This document shows, piece by piece, positions 43,910 to 53,203 of a DNA stretch of 64,000 bases. The notes under the pieces are model-generated. The model worked only from the letters and a program-made list of their open reading frames with translations, was not told where the DNA came from and made no database searches. The translations under genes and the position numbers were made by a program. Every line of letters starts with the position of its first letter. Position 1 is the first letter of the stretch. Source of the stretch: an uncultured Collinsella sp. (GTDB taxonomy: Bacteria > Actinomycetota > Coriobacteriia > Coriobacteriales > Coriobacteriaceae); contig CALJYM010000033.1 in NCBI GenBank assembly GCA_937984005.1, positions 2,288 through 66,287 of the forward strand, read 5' to 3'.

Positions 43910-45037
43910 ATGACGACCGTGATTTCACATCTTTCCGCCCTCCGCGCAATTCGCCGCGCTCGACGGGCGTACTCCGCCCTTCCCTGGGACGTCATCGATG
44001 ACGAGCAACAGACACAATCCCTCGAAGGTTGCGTTCCCAACAAGGACGCCATAGACTTTGCGGCCCTTGCAATACTTGACGCCTGGAGCGAAGACGACTC
44101 CGAGTGTCTAGATCTCTTTGTTGCGGGCGGCAACAACAGACGGCCCGACGGACGGCTCCTCCAGCACACCATCACCGCCCCTCTTCCCCAAGGTGCGATC
44201 ATGCACATCGAAGCCGACATCTACGCAACGTCCCCCGCCATGACGGCCATGCTTTGTTCCAAAAATGAATCAGTTGCCAAAACCTTAATGCTTCTCATGG
44301 AGCTGCTCGGAACCTACTCACTTCCGCCCGAGGCAACTTGCCCCATCGCCTACGACGACACATGGCCCAAGGCCAACGGCTTCGAAGCGATGGACGGCCT
44401 CGATTGCCAGGGCGACCAACCGACACCCGAAAAGCAAGCCGAAACCCGCTACGAACAGGCACACTACAAATGCGAACCCGCCACAACCATCGAAGAGCTC
44501 GAGGCAGTCGCACGATTTGCCAAAAGCAGTTCCTACGCCTCATTTCGTACGGCTGTCAAACTCGCCCGGGCCGGATCCGCATCCCCAGCGGAATCATTGA
44601 TGTTCGCCGTCCTGGGCGCACCCATGCGCTTTGGCGGATTCGGGTGCTGCAGATTGCCCATGGGAGGCTTACTGCTCAACTATCGTGTCGATTTCGACAC
44701 CCTTGCGGTCAACATGTCCTCGGGCATCCCCTACGCCATCTGCGACTTATATTGCCCGGCCGCTGGAGTCGACAACGAATACAACGGAATTGGACATGAG
44801 CTTCAAAACGCCCGCATCCACGATGGCAATCGTAACAATGGCCTTAAAGCCATGGGTATCCACGTCCTGGTTATCAATCGTGACCAAATGAAGGACCTTG
44901 TTGCACTCGAAGCCTTCGCCCAAACGATGCATCGACTCGCGGGAGTCCGATTCCGATATCGCATCAAGGGCTATCGAAAGCGTCAGGCCGCCTGGCTCAA
45001 CGCCCTGCGGGCCGGAATCGGCCTCGCGCCGGTCTAA
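43910..45037 (+). CDS. DUF559-type endonuclease-like domain protein (restriction-endonuclease-like fold); N-terminal part unknown
   Basis: The C-terminal segment CDLYCPAAGVDNEYNGIGHELQNARIHDGNRNNGLKAMGIHVLVINRDQM fits the DUF559 pattern (IEyDG..H......D..R...L...G..v.R); 375 aa. Confidence 0.5.
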   Translation: MTTVISHLSALRAIRRARRAYSALPWDVIDDEQQTQSLEGCVPNKDAIDFAALAILDAWSEDDSECLDLFVAGGNNRRPDGRLLQHTITAPLPQGAIMHIEADIYATSPAMTAMLCSKNESVAKTLMLLMELLGTYSLPPEATCPIAYDDTWPKANGFEAMDGLDCQGDQPTPEKQAETRYEQAHYKCEPATTIEELEAVARFAKSSSYASFRTAVKLARAGSASPAESLMFAVLGAPMRFGGFGCCRLPMGGLLLNYRVDFDTLAVNMSSGIPYAICDLYCPAAGVDNEYNGIGHELQNARIHDGNRNNGLKAMGIHVLVINRDQMKDLVALEAFAQTMHRLAGVRFRYRIKGYRKRQAAWLNALRAGIGLAPV

Positions 45038-45068
45038 AAGACTTTTACCCAGTGTTACCTAGCATGGC

Positions 45069-45271
45069 TGGACAGTTAGTTCAGATTTGTATAAACAGAC
45101 GGCTAATATCGAGGTAGTTTGCCGCCATTCCGGCGCCAATCACCTCATTTGAAGACTCGAAAGATCTGAAATAGCGCAAAATGTGCTCTCCAAAGCGCCG
45201 TGGCAGTTCCGCGGTCCCAATTTTGGCAGTCGAAGACCTCTTGGTTTATACAAATCTGAACTAACTGTCCA
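45069..45271. mobile_element. MITE-like element 2 (~203 bp) with the same 24-bp TIRs as element 1 but an unrelated internal sequence
   Basis: TIRs TGGACAGTTAGTTCAGATTTGTAT (45069-45092) and ATACAAATCTGAACTAACTGTCCA (45248-45271). Confidence 0.7.
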
Positions 45272-45384
45272 CCCCGGCTTCTGACGACTGTCCAACGCCC
45301 TCATGCAGCCTCATTCACCCTCCATTTGACAGCAGCAACGGGGTCGCTCACCATAGCAGGCGACAAATCGACGAAAGGAAGCAC

Positions 45385-46014
45385 ATGGCAGCTGCACAGC
45401 CGCTCAAGATTCGCATGGTTGCCGGACTTGGCAACCCTGGCGATGAGTATGCCGAGACCCGCCACAACGCCGGCTTTAAGGCAATCGACGAGCTGGCCCG
45501 TCAGGCCGGCGTCACGTACTGGAAAAACCAGGCCGGTGCCGAGGTCGCGCTCATCAACATCAACGACCCCGAGGAAGAGAGCGGCAAGCGGCAGATTGTG
45601 CTGGTCAAGCCGCAGTCGTACATGAACACCTCGGGCGGTCCCATCTCCAAGCTCTGCCGCGAATACAAGATCAAGGCCGAGGAGCTGCTCGTAATCCACG
45701 ACGAGCTCGATATTCCCGCTGGCGACGTGCGCGTTAAGGTGGGCGGCGGCCATGCTGGCCACAACGGCCTGCGCTCCATCATCGACAAGATGGGCAGCCG
45801 CGACTTCAGCCGCATCCGCACCGGCATCGGCAACCCTCCCGGCAAGATGGCTGTCGCCGACTACGTGCTCAAGCAGCTGCGCGCCCGCGAGGCCGAGGAC
45901 TTCCAGGACACCTGCGCCCGCGCCGCAGATGCCGCCGGCCTGGCAATCGTGCACGGCGTGATCTACGCCCGCGATCACGTAAACGGCTCCGCCTCCGCCA
46001 ACGGCAAGCACTAA
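45385..46014 (+). CDS. pth: Peptidyl-tRNA hydrolase
   Basis: Motifs MVAGLGNPGDEY and HNGLRSI; AAAGGAAG RBS. Confidence 0.85.
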   Translation: MAAAQPLKIRMVAGLGNPGDEYAETRHNAGFKAIDELARQAGVTYWKNQAGAEVALININDPEEESGKRQIVLVKPQSYMNTSGGPISKLCREYKIKAEELLVIHDELDIPAGDVRVKVGGGHAGHNGLRSIIDKMGSRDFSRIRTGIGNPPGKMAVADYVLKQLRAREAEDFQDTCARAADAAGLAIVHGVIYARDHVNGSASANGKH

Positions 46015-46032
46015 AACCTACCATTTATGGAT

Positions 46033-46193
46033 GTTTATTTTGGCAGGTTTTATCTGCGGAAACGCCGCAGCGGCCGCGTCGCAATAAACCCTGTGCCGCC
46101 ATACGTATGCAGCGCTCCAAAGGGTGCCGGCCTCACCGATGCGCGAGACCGGCCCCCTTTGCCGTTTTGCCTGATAAAACCTGCCAAAATAAA
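46033..46193. repeat. 21-bp perfect inverted repeat (TTTATTTTGGCAGGTTTTATC ... GATAAAACCTGCCAAAATAAA) enclosing a ~119-bp GC-rich core; second arm is followed by a CCTGTCCC hairpin
   Basis: Arms at 46033-46053 and 46173-46193; related to the element at 58728-58773. Confidence 0.55.
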
Positions 46194-46373
46194 CCTGTCC
46201 CTTTTTGGCAGGTCACTTTTCCCGCCTGCCAAAGATACACGTAAGCGACATGCCCATGAGGGTATAATTTGCATCGTATGTCTGCACAACGCCTGTGCGC
46301 GTACGGTTTTATTCGGGCTACCGTCCATTTCCGTGGAGGCACGGTTCGGCAGCCCTAACAAGAGAGGGGTTCT

Positions 46374-47210
46374 ATGTATAAGATCCTGGAGAAGACGCAG
46401 TTCTCGGAGAAGGTGTTCAAGTTCCGCATCGAGGCGCCCGCAATCGCCAAGCATGCGCACGCTGGACAGTTCCTCATGGTTCGCGCCAACGAGACGGGCG
46501 AGCGCGTCCCGTTTACCCTGGCCGGCTGGAACGGTGACGAGGGCTGGGTCGAGTTCATCTTCATGGTGATCGGCAAGACCACCGAGATGCTTTCCACCTA
46601 CGAGGCCGGCGAGTCGCTGCGCGACGTCGTGGGCCCGCTGGGCGTTCCCACCGAGATGGCCGAGGGCCCCTGTGCCGTCATTGGCGGCGGCGTCGGCCTG
46701 GCAATTGCCTTCCCGGTCGCCAAGCACCTGGTCGAGACCGGTCATGAGGTCCACGCCATCATGGGCGCCCGCACCAAGGACCTCCTGCTCATGGAAGACC
46801 AGTTCCGCGAGCTCCTCGACGAGGACCACATCCACATCACCACTGACGACGGCTCCTACGGCGAGCAGGGCGTTGTCACCGCTCCGCTGGAGCGTCTGCT
46901 GCAGGACAAGGCCGTGAGCCAGGTCTTCTGCGTCGGCCCCGTTCCGATGATGAAGTTCTCGACCCTCACCGCCCAGAAGTACGACACCCCCATCACCGCG
47001 TCGCTCAACCCCATCATGGTTGACGGCACCGGTATGTGCGGCTGCTGCCGCGTCGAGGTGGGCGGCGTGACCAAGTTCGCTTGCGTCGACGGCCCCGACT
47101 TCGATGCCACCCTGGTCGACTGGGATGACCTTCGTGCCCGCCAGGCCGCTTACCGTTCCGAAGAGGGCGAGTCCCTCAAGGCCTATGAGGAAAAGAGCTG
47201 CGCATGCCAC
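46374..47210 (+). CDS. nfnA: NfnA/SudB-type ferredoxin-NAD(P) reductase subunit (FAD, [2Fe-2S]; PyrK family)
   Basis: [2Fe-2S] motif GTGMCGCCRVEVGGVTKFACVDGP plus an FAD/NAD-binding fold. Confidence 0.75.
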
Positions 47211-48613
47211 TAGTTAACGGTCGTTTCGTTGCCGATATGAAGTCGCCCCGCACCCCCGATAACGAGGAGCCGGCTGCCGAGCGCGCCTGCGACTTCCGCC
47301 CCGTCGACAAGGGCTTCACCGAGGAGATGGCGCTGGCCGAGGCCGAGCGCTGCCTCAACTGCAAGAAGCCGTTCTGTGTTGAGGGCTGCCCCGTCAACAT
47401 CAACATCCCCCGCTTTATCGAGCAGATCCGCGAGAAGGACTTCGGCGGCGCTCTCGATACCATCCGCGAGGACTCCATGCTTCCCGCCATCTGCGGCCGC
47501 GTCTGCCCGCAGGAGAACCAGTGCGAGGGCAAGTGCATCCGTGGTAAGAAGTCCGAGCCCGTGGCCATCGGCCAGCTCGAGCGCTTCCTGGGTGACCGCC
47601 CCGAGCTCGCTTCCACGCCCAAGATGGCCCCCAAGAACGGCAAGAAGGTCGCCGTCGTCGGCTCTGGCCCGTCCGGCATCACCTGCGCTGGCGAGCTCGC
47701 CCGTAACGGCTTTGACGTCACCGTCTTCGAGGCATTCTTCACCGGCGGCGGCGTGCTGGTCTACGGCATCCCCGAGTTCCGTCTGCCCAAGGCAGTCGTC
47801 AAGCGCGAGATTGACGGCCTGGAGGACATGGGCGTCAAGTTTGAGTACAACTCCGTCGTGGGCAACATGGCCACGGCCGAGGAGCTGTTCGAGCAGGGCT
47901 TCGACGCCATCTACGTGGCGACTGGCGCCGGCCTGCCCAAGTTCCTCAACGTCCCCGGCGAGAACCTGCCCAACGTCTTCTTCGCGAACGAGTACCTCAC
48001 CCGCGTGAACCTGATGAAGGCCAACAAGTTCCCCGAGTACGACACCCCCACCAAGCACGGCAAGAACGTCGTCGTCTTTGGTGGCGGCAACGTGGCTATG
48101 GACGCCGTCCGTACCGCCAAGCGCCTGGGCGCCGAGCACGCCATCATCGCCTATCGTCGTACCGAGGATGAGATGCCCTGCCGTCGCGCTGAGCTGCACC
48201 ATGCCAAGGCCGAGGGCGTCGAGGTTCTACCGCTCGTCTCCCCGCTCGAGTTTGTCGCTGGCGAGGACGGCTCCGTGTGCGCCGTCAAGGTCCAGAAGAT
48301 GGAGCTCGGCGAGCCCGACGAGTCCGGCCGCCGTCGCCCGGTGCCCATCGAGGGCGCCATCGAGGAGATCCCCTGCGACGTCGCGATCTCGGCTATCGGC
48401 ACCAACGCCAACCCCTTCGCAAAGAAGATCGGCGGCAAGATGGAGCTCAACAAGTGGGGCTACATCGTTGCCGACGAGGAGACCGGCCAGACCACCGATC
48501 CCCGTATCTGGGCCGGCGGCGACATCGTCACCGGTGCCGCTACGGTCATTCTGGCGATGGGCGCCGGCAAGAAGGCCGCCGCTTCGATCACCAAGAGCCT
48601 GCTGGGCGAGTAA
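47204..48613 (+). CDS. nfnB: NfnB/SudA-type subunit (glutamate synthase small-chain GltD-like; 2x[4Fe-4S], FAD, NADPH)
   Basis: Motifs CLNCKKPFCVEGCP and CGRVCPQENQCEGKC, plus VAVVGSGPSGITCA; overlaps the nfnA stop. Confidence 0.8.
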   Translation: MPLVNGRFVADMKSPRTPDNEEPAAERACDFRPVDKGFTEEMALAEAERCLNCKKPFCVEGCPVNINIPRFIEQIREKDFGGALDTIREDSMLPAICGRVCPQENQCEGKCIRGKKSEPVAIGQLERFLGDRPELASTPKMAPKNGKKVAVVGSGPSGITCAGELARNGFDVTVFEAFFTGGGVLVYGIPEFRLPKAVVKREIDGLEDMGVKFEYNSVVGNMATAEELFEQGFDAIYVATGAGLPKFLNVPGENLPNVFFANEYLTRVNLMKANKFPEYDTPTKHGKNVVVFGGGNVAMDAVRTAKRLGAEHAIIAYRRTEDEMPCRRAELHHAKAEGVEVLPLVSPLEFVAGEDGSVCAVKVQKMELGEPDESGRRRPVPIEGAIEEIPCDVAISAIGTNANPFAKKIGGKMELNKWGYIVADEETGQTTDPRIWAGGDIVTGAATVILAMGAGKKAAASITKSLLGE

Positions 48614-48640
48614 TCACCTACAGCGCTAGCCACCAAACGG

Positions 48641-48680
48641 CAAAGTCCCCGTCGAGCACACGCCCGGCGGGGACTTTTTC
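48641..48680 (+). terminator. Rho-independent terminator after nfnB (AAGTCCCCG-loop-CGGGGACTT followed by TTTT); a second hairpin follows at 48693-48737
   Basis: Stem at 48643-48651 and 48667-48675 followed by a T-tract. The second hairpin (CAAACCACCACAAAGG / CCTTTGCGGTGGTTTTTGG) has a CCTGTCCC loop. Confidence 0.75.
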
Positions 48681-48805
48681 TATACCGGCCGCCCAAACCA
48701 CCACAAAGGTGCCTGTCCCCTTTGCGGTGGTTTTTGGTCGGTTAGCCTTCGAGCTGCGATCGCGTCGAAAATGTTGGTGTAAGGGTGACGCCCTAGCGCC
48801 CGTTT

Positions 48806-50206
48806 AACGAAGAACGGCCTTCGTCCTAGAATCTGAAATCACCACAACAACAGGTTCTAGGAAAGGACGAAGACCGCTATGGAAATCTTATCAGACCCGA
48901 CGCCGGACATGCTCGCCATGCCCCGTTTCGACGACGGCGCCATCGACATGCAGGAGCTGCTTCGCAGATTAGCCGAGCAGGTCGTGAACGCCGTGATGGA
49001 CGCCGAGGCCGACCAGCTGTGCGGCGGCGGGGCGAACAGCCGAAACGGCTACCACGAGAGGTCGCTCGCCACCTGCGTCGGCACGCTGACGCTGCGCATC
49101 CCCAAGCTGCGCTCCGGCAGCTTCTTCCCCGAGGACGTGCTCGAGCGCTACCAGCGCGTCGACCGCGCCCTCGTGGCCGCCGTGGCCGAGATGTACGCCA
49201 CGGGCACCAGCACCCGCAAGGTGCAGAGGGTGGCCGAGAAGATGGGCGTCTCCAGGCTCTCGAAGGACCAGGTGAGCGCCATCGCCTCGAGCTTGGACGC
49301 AGACATCGAGGACCTATGCGGAAGGCCGCTCGGCGGCTCGCCGGTGCCCTACGTCTGGCTCGACGCGACCTACGTCAAGTGCCGCCGCGAGGGGCGCGTC
49401 GCCTCCACCGCCGTGGTCACCGCCATCGGCTGCGATGCGGGCGGCTGGAGGCGCGTCCTGGGCGTCGACGTGGTCGACACCGAGTCCTACGACTCGTGGC
49501 TCGCCTTCCTGCGGGCTATCCGCTCGCGCGGGGCGGCGGGCGTGCGGCTCGTCGTCTCGGACGCCCACCCGGGGCTCGTCCGGGCGCTCGGCGAGGTCTT
49601 CCAGGGCGCCGCGTGGCAGCGCTGCGCGGTCCACCTCATGCGCGACTGCATGCGCGAGGCCGGCTCCTGGCAGCTCAGGCGCCGCGTGGGCAGGATCGTG
49701 TCGCAGGTGTTCCGCGGGCGCGACGCCGCCACCGTGACGGCCATGTACCAAGCGGCGTGCGACATGCTGGAGGGGTGCTGCCCCAGGGCGGCGGCGGTGC
49801 TGGAGGAGGCCGAGCCCGACGCGCTGGCCTACCTCGACTTCCCGCCGGCCCACTGGAAGCGCCTGCGCACCAACAACGTGCAGGAGAGGACCAACCGGGA
49901 GATAAAGCGCAGGTCGCGCGTCGTGCAGGTGTTCCCCTCCACGGGCTCGCTGGTGCGGCTCGCGGGCGCGGTCATGTGCGAGCAGGACGAGATATGGCAG
50001 GAGTCCAGGTACTTCTCGGAGGTGAGGATGAACGAGCTCTACGATGACGGTCGCACTCGGGGAATCGACGGTCCCGTCGAGTGGGCGCGGCTTGAGGCGG
50101 AGGCCAGGAAGATGCTCGAGTCCGGCCTCGAGCTTGCGGACAGGGTCGAGGCGGCATAGGATATCAACCGTGTTCCAGATTCCAGGACGCCGGGCCGACT
50201 CACTTC
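48806..50206 (+). mobile_element. IS256-family insertion sequence (~1.4 kb) with imperfect ~26-40-bp terminal inverted repeats
   Basis: Left end ggccttcgtcctagaatctgaaatcac (~48816) pairs with the reverse complement of the right end ggcccggcgtcctggaatctggaacac (~50170-50196). Boundaries are within about 10 bp; no clean target-site duplication was recognised. Confidence 0.7.
48879..50159 (+). CDS. IS256-family (mutator-type) transposase
   Basis: 426 aa with the typical MEILSD...DAEADQLCGGG N-terminus and ...YLDFPPAHWKRLRTNNVQERTNREIKRRSRVVQVFP C-terminal signature. Confidence 0.85.
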   Translation: MEILSDPTPDMLAMPRFDDGAIDMQELLRRLAEQVVNAVMDAEADQLCGGGANSRNGYHERSLATCVGTLTLRIPKLRSGSFFPEDVLERYQRVDRALVAAVAEMYATGTSTRKVQRVAEKMGVSRLSKDQVSAIASSLDADIEDLCGRPLGGSPVPYVWLDATYVKCRREGRVASTAVVTAIGCDAGGWRRVLGVDVVDTESYDSWLAFLRAIRSRGAAGVRLVVSDAHPGLVRALGEVFQGAAWQRCAVHLMRDCMREAGSWQLRRRVGRIVSQVFRGRDAATVTAMYQAACDMLEGCCPRAAAVLEEAEPDALAYLDFPPAHWKRLRTNNVQERTNREIKRRSRVVQVFPSTGSLVRLAGAVMCEQDEIWQESRYFSEVRMNELYDDGRTRGIDGPVEWARLEAEARKMLESGLELADRVEAA

Positions 50207-50236
50207 GGATCGGGCTCTACACCAACTTTCTCGACA

Positions 50237-50857
50237 CTACCCGAGCTGCGCTACTTTGTAGCGGTAGGCAGCGGCGATAACGTCTTTACAGCCTTCGCGG
50301 CCCAGCTTGGCGCGGTTGACGACGATGTCCTTGCCGCTCGTCATCTTCCACTTTCCGGCGCTGTAGCGCTTATAGAACGCCTCGCGCGCCTTCTGCTGTT
50401 GCTTGACCAGCTTGGCGCCCTTCTTTTTGTTGAGGCCGCGCTTCTTGCGCACGATCTCGACGCGGTCCTCAAAGGGCGCAGTCACCAGCACGGCGATGTG
50501 ATTGGGGTTGTTGCGCAGCAGATAATCGGACAGACGGCCTTCGATAATGCAGCTCTCGGTCTCACCCAGATCCAAAATCACCTGGCTCATCTTTTGGAAC
50601 AACTTGTCCGAGTACGAACGCGCATCGTAGCGGTCGGGCAGAAACGCCATGTTCTCCACGGCCAGACGCTCGTCGTAGGCGGCCATCTTGTCGAGCGACT
50701 CGCCCGCGCGCAGCGAAGCACGCACCAGCAGCTCGTTATCGTACAGCGGAATCCCCAGCTCATCGGCGAGGATACGACCAATCTCGTGGCCCTCGGCGCC
50801 AAAGTCGCGCGCGATGGTAATGACCACAGGACTCTTCTTATTCTCCAGATCGCTCAT
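50237..50857 (-). CDS. Cytidylate kinase-like family protein (Cytidylate_kin2)
   Basis: Motifs VVITIARDFGAEGHEIG and NPNHIAVLVTAPFEDRVE; start set at MSDLENKK (50857), which has an AAAGGA RBS. Confidence 0.6.
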   Translation of the reverse strand: MSDLENKKSPVVITIARDFGAEGHEIGRILADELGIPLYDNELLVRASLRAGESLDKMAAYDERLAVENMAFLPDRYDARSYSDKLFQKMSQVILDLGETESCIIEGRLSDYLLRNNPNHIAVLVTAPFEDRVEIVRKKRGLNKKKGAKLVKQQQKAREAFYKRYSAGKWKMTSGKDIVVNRAKLGREGCKDVIAAAYRYKVAQLG

Positions 50858-50905
50858 CGCGATTCCTTTCTCTATGTGACAAAGGGACTGTCCCTTTGCC
50901 ACATT

Positions 50906-51544
50906 CTACGCTGCCACCATTCGCCTCTGATAAGCCCTCACCAGCAGCGAGATACCAAAGTTGAGCACAAAGTACATCGCAAACACCAGGCCGTAGAGCA
51001 TAAGAACCTGCGACAGGTCGATCGCGTGGGCCATCACGACGTTTGCCGTGTACATGAGCTCGGCCACGTTAATGCCCGAAAGATACGAACTGTCCTTAAT
51101 GACGGTCGTGCACTGGCTAAACAGCGCCGGAATGATTGTCTTAAACGTCTGCGGCAAAATGATGTAGCGCATGGTGGCAAAGAAGCCAAAGCCCTGGCTC
51201 TGCGCTGCCTCAAACTGGCCGCGCGGAATCGAGTTGAGGCCGCCGCGCACAATCTCGGCCATAACGGCGCTGGTAAACAGCGTAAAGGCGATGGTCGAAA
51301 TCACAATGTCCAAACCCTGCACCGTAAAGTAGATAAACAGAATCCACAGCAGGTTCGGCGTGCAACGGAACAGCTCGATATAGGCGCTCACCAAAATACG
51401 GAACGGGCGGGGCGCATAGCTTTTAACGAGCGCCAGCACCGTGCCAAAGATGAGCGAGAAAAAGATCGACAGCGCCGAGATCTCGATTGTCTTAACAAAG
51501 CCGCCCCAAATGTAGAGCAGGTTGGTCGCGTTGAAGATTTCCAT
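50906..51544 (-). CDS. Polar amino-acid ABC transporter permease
   Basis: HisM/GlnP-type permease carrying the EAA-like loop. Confidence 0.75.
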   Translation of the reverse strand: MEIFNATNLLYIWGGFVKTIEISALSIFFSLIFGTVLALVKSYAPRPFRILVSAYIELFRCTPNLLWILFIYFTVQGLDIVISTIAFTLFTSAVMAEIVRGGLNSIPRGQFEAAQSQGFGFFATMRYIILPQTFKTIIPALFSQCTTVIKDSSYLSGINVAELMYTANVVMAHAIDLSQVLMLYGLVFAMYFVLNFGISLLVRAYQRRMVAA

Positions 51545-51547
51545 GCG

Positions 51548-52294
51548 CTAGGCCTCCTCTACGTTGTCGAGCCCCAGCTCGGCCAGGCTCACGCCGCGCG
51601 GACGCTCCTTGGAGCGGCGCTCGAGCCACTGCACCAGCATGGCGAGCGGAAAGCAGATGATGAAGTACATAAGGCAGCAGACGATATATCCCTGCAGGTA
51701 ACCGTACAGACTCACAAAGTTGTCGGAACGGTACATAAGGTCGCCGCCGGCCACGAGCGCCAGCACCGACGTGTTCTTGACCAGGTTGAGCGCCTGGTTA
51801 CACAGCGGCGGCAAAATGATCTTGAACGTCTGGGGCAGCACGATGTACCAGTACGCCTGCGCACGGGTGAAGCCCTGGCTCTGGGCTGCCTCCATCTGAC
51901 CGCGCGGAACCGCCTCGATACCAGTGCGGATGACCTCCGAAATGTAGGCCGCGTGATACAGGCCCACGCCCAAGAAGCCCAGCACGAACGGCGCGATGCG
52001 CACCGGCTGGTCGGCACCGGTTATGGCCTGCAAAAACTGCGGGCCGGCCATGTACATAAAGAGCACCTGCACGGGCAGCGGGGTGTTCTGGTAAAACTCA
52101 ACGTACACGCGGCTTATGGCGCGCAGAACACGAGAACGAGTGGTAGAGAACACGCCCAGCAGTGTGCCCAGCACCAGCGACAGCAGCAGACCGGCAACGA
52201 CCACCTGCAGCGTTACGCCAAAGCCCTCCCAGAAGGGCCCCATGTTTTGAAATGTCGTCGACCAACGGTCGGCGTCAAATAATCCTTCGAGCAT
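51548..52294 (-). CDS. Polar amino-acid ABC transporter permease (second)
   Basis: Start set at MLEGLFDADRW (52294) with a GGAAGGA RBS; the longer ORF 51548..52477 would overlap the binding-protein gene. Confidence 0.7.
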   Translation of the reverse strand: MLEGLFDADRWSTTFQNMGPFWEGFGVTLQVVVAGLLLSLVLGTLLGVFSTTRSRVLRAISRVYVEFYQNTPLPVQVLFMYMAGPQFLQAITGADQPVRIAPFVLGFLGVGLYHAAYISEVIRTGIEAVPRGQMEAAQSQGFTRAQAYWYIVLPQTFKIILPPLCNQALNLVKNTSVLALVAGGDLMYRSDNFVSLYGYLQGYIVCCLMYFIICFPLAMLVQWLERRSKERPRGVSLAELGLDNVEEA

Positions 52295-52319
52295 TTGATT
52301 CCTTCCTTGGACGATGCGC

Positions 52320-53198
52320 CTATACAAGACCCCAGGTCTTGACCTCTTGGTCGAGCCAGCCATCGGCCAGGCGATCGCAAACCACCTGATCGACCACGGC
52401 CGAAAGGTCGCAGCCCTTCTTGGTCGCCACGCCGTAGCCCTGCTCGCCAAACTTGACCTCGGGCTGTAGCAGCTCAACGGTCTCGTTCATGTAACCGGCC
52501 AACGTGGAGCGGTCCATGGCAAAGACGTCGATGTTGCCGGCGTCGAGCGAACTCTTGATGATGGGGTAGCCGCTAAAGGCCCTAAACTCGGGCTTGCAGC
52601 TAAAGCCGTTGTCCTTGATCATCTGCTCGATCAGGCCCTGCGTGGTAGCACCCTGGCTCACGCCGATGACCTTGCCGTCCAGATCCTCAATCGAGGTAAA
52701 GCCCGAACGCTTCTTGACCATGAGTCCAACGTAGTCGGTGCGGTACGGCGTCGAGAAATCCCAGCTCTTCTTGCGCTCGTCGGTGATGGTGTAGGTCGCC
52801 GCGACCACGTCAAGTTGGCCGTTATCGATCAGCGGACCGCGCGTCTTGGGCGTTACGTCGGTAAACTCGACAAGCTCCTGGGCGCGGGCCTCCTTGTAGC
52901 TCACGCCAAAGACGGCAGCGGCGATCTGGTAGCACAAATCGACTTCCATGCCCTCAAAGCGGCCCTTGGCGGTGTCGTAATAGCCATAGCCGGGAACGTC
53001 CTTCTTAACGCCGGCATTCAGATGGCCACGCGACTTGATGACCGCAAGCTTGGACCCCTTGTCGGAGCCCTCGCCGCTGGTGGAGTGGCCGCAACCGGTA
53101 AGCGCGGTCCCCGTCATCGCGAGCATGCCGGCGCCAGCCAGCTGCAAAAAGTGACGGCGCGACACGGCCGCCCTCGTCATATCCGTCATGTCCATCAC
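52320..53198 (-). CDS. Amino-acid ABC transporter substrate-binding lipoprotein (Tat signal SRRHFLQLAGAG, lipobox LTGC)
   Basis: Family-3 solute-binding protein features together with Tat and lipobox motifs. Confidence 0.8.
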   Translation of the reverse strand: MMDMTDMTRAAVSRRHFLQLAGAGMLAMTGTALTGCGHSTSGEGSDKGSKLAVIKSRGHLNAGVKKDVPGYGYYDTAKGRFEGMEVDLCYQIAAAVFGVSYKEARAQELVEFTDVTPKTRGPLIDNGQLDVVAATYTITDERKKSWDFSTPYRTDYVGLMVKKRSGFTSIEDLDGKVIGVSQGATTQGLIEQMIKDNGFSCKPEFRAFSGYPIIKSSLDAGNIDVFAMDRSTLAGYMNETVELLQPEVKFGEQGYGVATKKGCDLSAVVDQVVCDRLADGWLDQEVKTWGLV

Positions 53199-53203
53199 CG
53201 CGC

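Noticed and set aside
47210-48202. 330-aa minus-strand ORF and plus-strand alternative frames over nfnB (47376-48008, 48078-48629)
   Set aside because: They are shadow frames of the GltD-like gene.
49019-50047. 342-aa plus-strand ORF in an alternative frame of the IS256 transposase
   Set aside because: It is Arg/Gly/Pro-rich nonsense, whereas the 48879-50159 frame carries the mutator-family signatures.
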